Notes under the pieces: model-generated | Database searches by the model: none | Told to the model about the DNA's origin: nothing | What the model saw: only the letters and a program-made list of their open reading frames with translations | Virus record (IMG/VR): IMGVR_UViG_2706796742_000001 | Span: 1-64,000 of that record | Length of the DNA stretch: 64,000 nt | Direction: 5' to 3' (one strand) | Source of the DNA: a virus | Lineage: Duplodnaviria; Heunggongvirae; Uroviricota; Caudoviricetes | Position numbers and translations under genes: made by a program | In this document: one piece after another, positions 59,664-64,000 of the stretch | How positions within the stretch are numbered: position 1 is the stretch's first letter | Layout: each line of letters starts with the position of its first letter

Positions 59664-60764
59664 TTATTCATAATCCCTAATAACTAACCCAACAGGGAAC
59701 TGTAAAGAACCCTTACGAGTCATCTTCTGGAACTGAACCGTTAAAGGTTTCCCGATAAACTCTTCAGGATGCTCAGCAAGATACTGTTTCTTCTCATGGG
59801 TAGTCTTCCATGAGACATCCACAAAGACGTTAGGAAGAGTCTCTACAACGAACTTGCCATGACCACGTTTATCGGTCTTTACACCAGTAACTTTAAACTC
59901 TTCAGTGTGCATCTTCTTGTGCTTAATCAAGAAGTATGAACGGTGACAACACTCATAGAAGGAGTCTTCAGAGATTGAGCGGTACATTGCACCTTCAAAC
60001 TGAGCTTCAACCCACTTATCATGGGCTTCATCAAACTCTTCCCAAGAATTTACACGACGAGACTTAACAGGGACAACTTTACAGCCGTCTCTGAAGTCAT
60101 TCAATGGTGAAGTCTCAATAATATCTCTACGCTCAGGCCACGTCATAGTACTGTCACAGATATCGTACCAGTAGAACTGGAGTAGATGTCGGTCTGGATT
60201 GTCAGCATTCTTAATCATAGACACAATATCTTCTAAGTCCCAACCATGAGCATAAATCTCACCATCAAAGTCTTCGACTTGTGGATGTAATTTAAGCAAC
60301 AAAAGCAAATCTGGGATTAGTTCTGCTGGGACGTTGTAAATAGTATTCTCACGAGAATAAGCCGTGAAGCTAACTAAATCAGCGTCTCTTGAAATTCTAC
60401 AACGAACACCATCAAGCTTCGGTTGAGCATCAGCAGGGAACTTCAGATACTTTGCATGGCTAACCTTTGCAGCATCATGAGCAAGCTGTACACCTACCTT
60501 CTCAGTATTCTGTGCAGACTCTTTTGTGTAAGCATAACCTTTACGGTCAACTTGCTTTTTATACTTAGCAGCAACTTCAAAGAGAGCTTGCTGTTCAGCG
60601 TTACGCTCATTCTTTTTACCGATGTTCTTAGGCTCTGCTGTATACTCTTCAAACATCATCTTGCCATTCTCTTTACCGTAGGTTGTAATAACTTTGTCAC
60701 CTACAGCAACACATGACCAGACGTTGAAAGAGCCGTCTTTATTTTGTTTGTACAGAATTGTCAT
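59664..60764 (-). CDS. ATP-dependent DNA ligase
   Basis: Adenylation motif KLDGVRC (KxDG); 366 aa. Confidence 0.7.
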   Translation of the reverse strand: MTILYKQNKDGSFNVWSCVAVGDKVITTYGKENGKMMFEEYTAEPKNIGKKNERNAEQQALFEVAAKYKKQVDRKGYAYTKESAQNTEKVGVQLAHDAAKVSHAKYLKFPADAQPKLDGVRCRISRDADLVSFTAYSRENTIYNVPAELIPDLLLLLKLHPQVEDFDGEIYAHGWDLEDIVSMIKNADNPDRHLLQFYWYDICDSTMTWPERRDIIETSPLNDFRDGCKVVPVKSRRVNSWEEFDEAHDKWVEAQFEGAMYRSISEDSFYECCHRSYFLIKHKKMHTEEFKVTGVKTDKRGHGKFVVETLPNVFVDVSWKTTHEKKQYLAEHPEEFIGKPLTVQFQKMTRKGSLQFPVGLVIRDYE

Positions 60765-60958
60765 TTTTTAACCTCTGAGTGATACCAAGTGTAACAAGCA
60801 TTACATGCGTAAAGCTCTAAGTCATTTTTATCTGGTTTATGGAAACAGTTTGACCCACAACGACACCGGAATAGCTTACCATCAACACGAAGAATGAATG
60901 TTTCAAGCTCACCATCTTCTGTAAGAACTGCGTTCTTAAATTTATCTTCTACAGTCAT
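60761..60958 (-). CDS. small zinc-finger protein
   Basis: CRCGSNC...CNAC Cys pairs. Confidence 0.4.
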   Translation of the reverse strand: MTVEDKFKNAVLTEDGELETFILRVDGKLFRCRCGSNCFHKPDKNDLELYACNACYTWYHSEVKK

Positions 60959-61161
60959 TTTCTCTTACCACCAATCTCTACGTCGATAACCTGAACATCA
61001 CCAGCAACATCGAACTTATGGATGATGCTTTCCACAGTGTAAGTCCAACCCTCGATTCGAACTAACTCACCTTCTCGTGGGACGATTGGGTTACGTTGAG
61101 CTACGGTTGTAGTGGAGTGAACAACATCATAACAGTGGATATAGTTTACTAGGACTTCCAT
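60955..61161 (-). CDS. hypothetical protein
   Basis: 68-aa ORF. Confidence 0.4.
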   Translation of the reverse strand: MEVLVNYIHCYDVVHSTTTVAQRNPIVPREGELVRIEGWTYTVESIIHKFDVAGDVQVIDVEIGGKRK

Positions 61162-61170
61162 ATCTTCACC

Positions 61171-61425
61171 TTAAAAGAATAAGTCAGATGCTTTTGGGTT
61201 TCTAAAACTCATGCAGTTTTGAAGCATGGCTTCATTGTACCCATCTTGACAAACTACGTAGAGTTTATCGAAAGTTTCTTTTGATACTGGGGAGACTGAT
61301 AAATCTTGGCATACACTAAGATACCATTCGTAATCTAAGCCTCTGCTCCAAGCATCAGCGATTAGGGCTGTAGCTTTGTCTTTGCTTCTGATAACTTCAT
61401 CAGACTTTTCAATTTTACTGTTCAC
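61171..61425 (-). CDS. hypothetical protein
   Basis: 84-aa ORF. Confidence 0.4.
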   Translation of the reverse strand: MNSKIEKSDEVIRSKDKATALIADAWSRGLDYEWYLSVCQDLSVSPVSKETFDKLYVVCQDGYNEAMLQNCMSFRNPKASDLFF

Positions 61426-61587
61426 GATGTTCTACCTCTCTGTACGTTCGTCGATAGTATATAATAAGCTGTGCTAACTCGTTGCTTTTAACATCTGAAC
61501 GTAGCAGTTGCCAATCAAAACCTTTACCGACTCTTCCATATAAGCTAAATAATTTTACTTTGCGTTTCATTTTGGTACTCCCAATAC

Positions 61588-61800
61588 TCAGAGGACAATA
61601 CTAATACGTTCACCCTTGAGGACCCCTGTACGGTCTCTTGCAATCTTACCATCAACAATAAGGATATGCGCAGACTTTAAAGATTCACTATTAAAACCTT
61701 TTACGAACTTACTAGGCATCACCACAATAAGCATCTCCTGAATCAACTCTGGAGTATAGCAATTGTCGTGAAGTTGCTGGATAACGTCTGCAAGTTTCAT
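61588..61800 (-). CDS. hypothetical protein
   Basis: 70-aa ORF. Confidence 0.4.
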   Translation of the reverse strand: MKLADVIQQLHDNCYTPELIQEMLIVVMPSKFVKGFNSESLKSAHILIVDGKIARDRTGVLKGERISIVL

Positions 61801-61851
61801 ATAACCTCCTATATAAGATATTGTATAAGGTACTCTTCCCTGAGCACCTTG

Positions 61852-62367
61852 TCAAGATAGTTTTGCAAACTCTCCGTGGAGTTTTATAGCAGCTTCACAG
61901 TAAGCTTTATGGGCTTCTTCTTCTGTTGTGTACGTCCCGATATGTATAGTCTTACCATTATGGTTAATCTGGGCTTTCCACTTACCAGACTTACTTCTAC
62001 TTGTACCTTTTAAGTTTTTTGATGTTCTAGGTTGCCTCCTATTAGACATGTTCTGTTCTTTTGTGGCCTCTCTAAGATTGTCCCAAGCATTATTCAAACC
62101 GTTCCCGTCTTTGTGGTCAATATGATTGTCAGGCCACTTACCTGTCATCCAGAACCAAGCAATTCGGTGATTGCCTGTCCTGTATCCTAAAATCTGGGTT
62201 TGCATATACACACCAGACCTTGTGCGCTTGATTGTACCAGCCTGTCTTCCAATTACCACCCTACTGCTATGTGGAGGTCTGCCAATCCAAGTCAAGACCC
62301 CTGTTTCGGGGTCGTAGTCTAACCAAGATTTTAACTGTTCATGTGTGAATCCACAATCTCTCATCAA
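61852..62367 (-). mobile_element. free-standing HNH homing endonuclease with AP2-like DNA-binding domain
   Basis: HNH motif HIDHKDGNGLNNAWDNL; C-terminal AP2-like GKWKAQINHNGKTIHIGTYTTEEEAHKAY; start overlaps polymerase stop by 4 nt. Confidence 0.65.
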
Positions 62368-64000
62368 TGTACCTCATACCACGATTTACCAACCTTTGCT
62401 GTACCAGTTACAAGTGTTTCTTTCCTCAAACCTAAGTTTTTTGAAGCTTGCCCATACATCCAGTCAGCAATTGCTTTCATATCATGTGTCATACCCTCTG
62501 GACATTCCCAACTATTTTCATCGTGATATGCCAGAAGTAACCTTGCTCCGATAGCTGGTTTTCGAGCATTCAGTTTTGTCAGGCCATCTTCACAGGCTTT
62601 TCTTGCTGCTAGGTTGATGGCCTCATTCTGAATCTGTGCTTCCGAACTCATCAGGAGGTAGTTCAGCAGTTTATGTGGAGATTTGCACCATATCCATGCT
62701 CCAGCGACCCTGATATAACCACCTTTAGCAATTGAAGAATTCTTCCCAAAAACCTCTTCCAGAGCCTTTTTAGACGCCTTAAAATCGGCTTCTAAGCTAT
62801 CAAGTAACTTCTTAATCTTTGGCAGACGCATATAGTAAGTTTGTTTAGTCAATGCACCTTCTTCCGTAGATGATGCCTTGATAGTTTTTGCAAACTTCTC
62901 GTCTCCGGCTCCAAATAACAGGGCGTAGATGCCATTTTTGCTCTTCTTACGACCTTTTGTAATCTCGTGGAGAAGTTCCTCATCCTGTGTCTCCCTACAA
63001 CGAACAATGTCTTCTTCCTTGTTCAGACCAAAGTAAATACTGTTCAGTGTATGCGCATCAGTCCCTGTGTAGACTTCATAGAGGTCATTTTCAGCATCAT
63101 AACGCAGATACTTGTCAGTTTCTGGATTTAGGTACTTATCAAGATGCTTGCAGTAGTATCGTCCATCATCCTGTTTAGTGAACTCTACAAACTCTTTACC
63201 TTCAGTTACCGCTTTGGTGAAGTCTTTATCACCCATAAAGTTACACAGTAAAACAAGCTGTGCAGAGTTCTGGTCAACTGAAACGATATTAGTTCCTTCC
63301 TCGCAAATCCAAACCTCCCTCATAGGTGCTCCATAGACAGCAGCACCGGACGGTACGTTTACAATACCATATTGTGTCATACGTCCAGTTGAAGTACCAA
63401 ACACCATTGCACCAGCACTAAGGCGACCATCAGGACGAATCTGGTTCAACCAACCTTTTTCATCATCCTTTGAGTTCTCAATAGTTCTGCGTCGGTGCAT
63501 CAAAGTATAGTATTTAGCAATCTTCTGTCCAAGCTCACCTTCAATCGTATCATAAGATGATTCGGTAAGTTTTGGTGAAGTCCTAATCAGACAAGGTTCA
63601 AGCAAATCTGTGTACTTCTTCACAGACCAGTTATGCTCAATGTACTGGACACCTTCATGTTCAACATAACTCAAACCACACCGTTCCACCATTTCATCCC
63701 ATTTAGGATGCTTGGTAATCATCTTTTTGTTGTCTTTGAAACGACAAACCTTAACAGGACGACCATCTGAGTCTTTCTTGTAGTTCCAGTCATCTGGAAT
63801 CCAACCAACTGATTTCAAGTAGTCTTTAACAACTGCTACCTGAGTCATACGAGAAACTTCGAACTCAATTGGTGTATATGGTGCATCAATCAAACCTGTG
63901 TAGCGACTTGACTCAAGTTCAAAGTGGTTAACAACATGGCTGTTATAGTACTTCACAGTTTTAACTGTTTTTACTGGCTTCCAGTCTTTGCACTTCTTAC
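62364..64000 (-). CDS. DNA polymerase, family A, C-terminal polymerase domain (partial)
   Basis: Motif C-like LLAYHDEN, motif B-like KSKNGIYALLFGAG, C-terminus SWYEVH; reading frame stays open upstream to the window end. Confidence 0.65.
   Translation of the reverse strand, partial: KKCKDWKPVKTVKTVKYYNSHVVNHFELESSRYTGLIDAPYTPIEFEVSRMTQVAVVKDYLKSVGWIPDDWNYKKDSDGRPVKVCRFKDNKKMITKHPKWDEMVERCGLSYVEHEGVQYIEHNWSVKKYTDLLEPCLIRTSPKLTESSYDTIEGELGQKIAKYYTLMHRRRTIENSKDDEKGWLNQIRPDGRLSAGAMVFGTSTGRMTQYGIVNVPSGAAVYGAPMREVWICEEGTNIVSVDQNSAQLVLLCNFMGDKDFTKAVTEGKEFVEFTKQDDGRYYCKHLDKYLNPETDKYLRYDAENDLYEVYTGTDAHTLNSIYFGLNKEEDIVRCRETQDEELLHEITKGRKKSKNGIYALLFGAGDEKFAKTIKASSTEEGALTKQTYYMRLPKIKKLLDSLEADFKASKKALEEVFGKNSSIAKGGYIRVAGAWIWCKSPHKLLNYLLMSSEAQIQNEAINLAARKACEDGLTKLNARKPAIGARLLLAYHDENSWECPEGMTHDMKAIADWMYGQASKNLGLRKETLVTGTAKVGKSWYEVH

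Overview
This 64-kb window looks like a contiguous piece of a lytic, AT-rich, tailed-phage genome with myovirus-type architecture (sheath, tube, tape measure and baseplate genes). The gene content (rIIA-like ATPase, Dam methylase, thymidylate synthase, DHFR, ATP-dependent ligase, family-A polymerase, HNH endonuclease, large tRNA cluster) resembles Felix-O1-like phages, but that identification is inference only. No integrase, repressor or CRISPR array was seen. Layout: (1) 1-15.7 kb, plus-strand early region with an rIIA-like gene, SLT-like and HAD-like proteins, Dam methylase, ParB-like protein, an overlapping spanin-like pair, a macro-domain protein, then about 15 small ORFs each preceded by one of two repeated hairpin-plus-RBS cassettes. 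(2) 15.7-17.4 kb, a 1.65-kb ORF-free, stop-codon-dense, short-repeat-dense region between convergent terminators; I consider this the most unusual element. (3) 17.4-24.6 kb, minus-strand small genes including a T4-lysozyme-like endolysin. (4) 24.8-31.8 kb, a vWA-domain protein followed by a cluster of about 26 tRNA genes driven by strong sigma70-like promoters, interspersed with five paralogous non-tRNA elements, a conserved hairpin, a small ORF and a membrane-protein gene. (5) 32-55 kb, structural module from large terminase to two paralogous His-rich tail fibers. (6) 55.7-64 kb, minus-strand nucleotide-metabolism and replication genes, with the polymerase running off the window edge. All tRNA folds, anticodons and protein-family calls were made by eye from the sequence and ORF translations; nothing was searched or computed, and coordinates of hand-folded RNAs may be off by a few bases.
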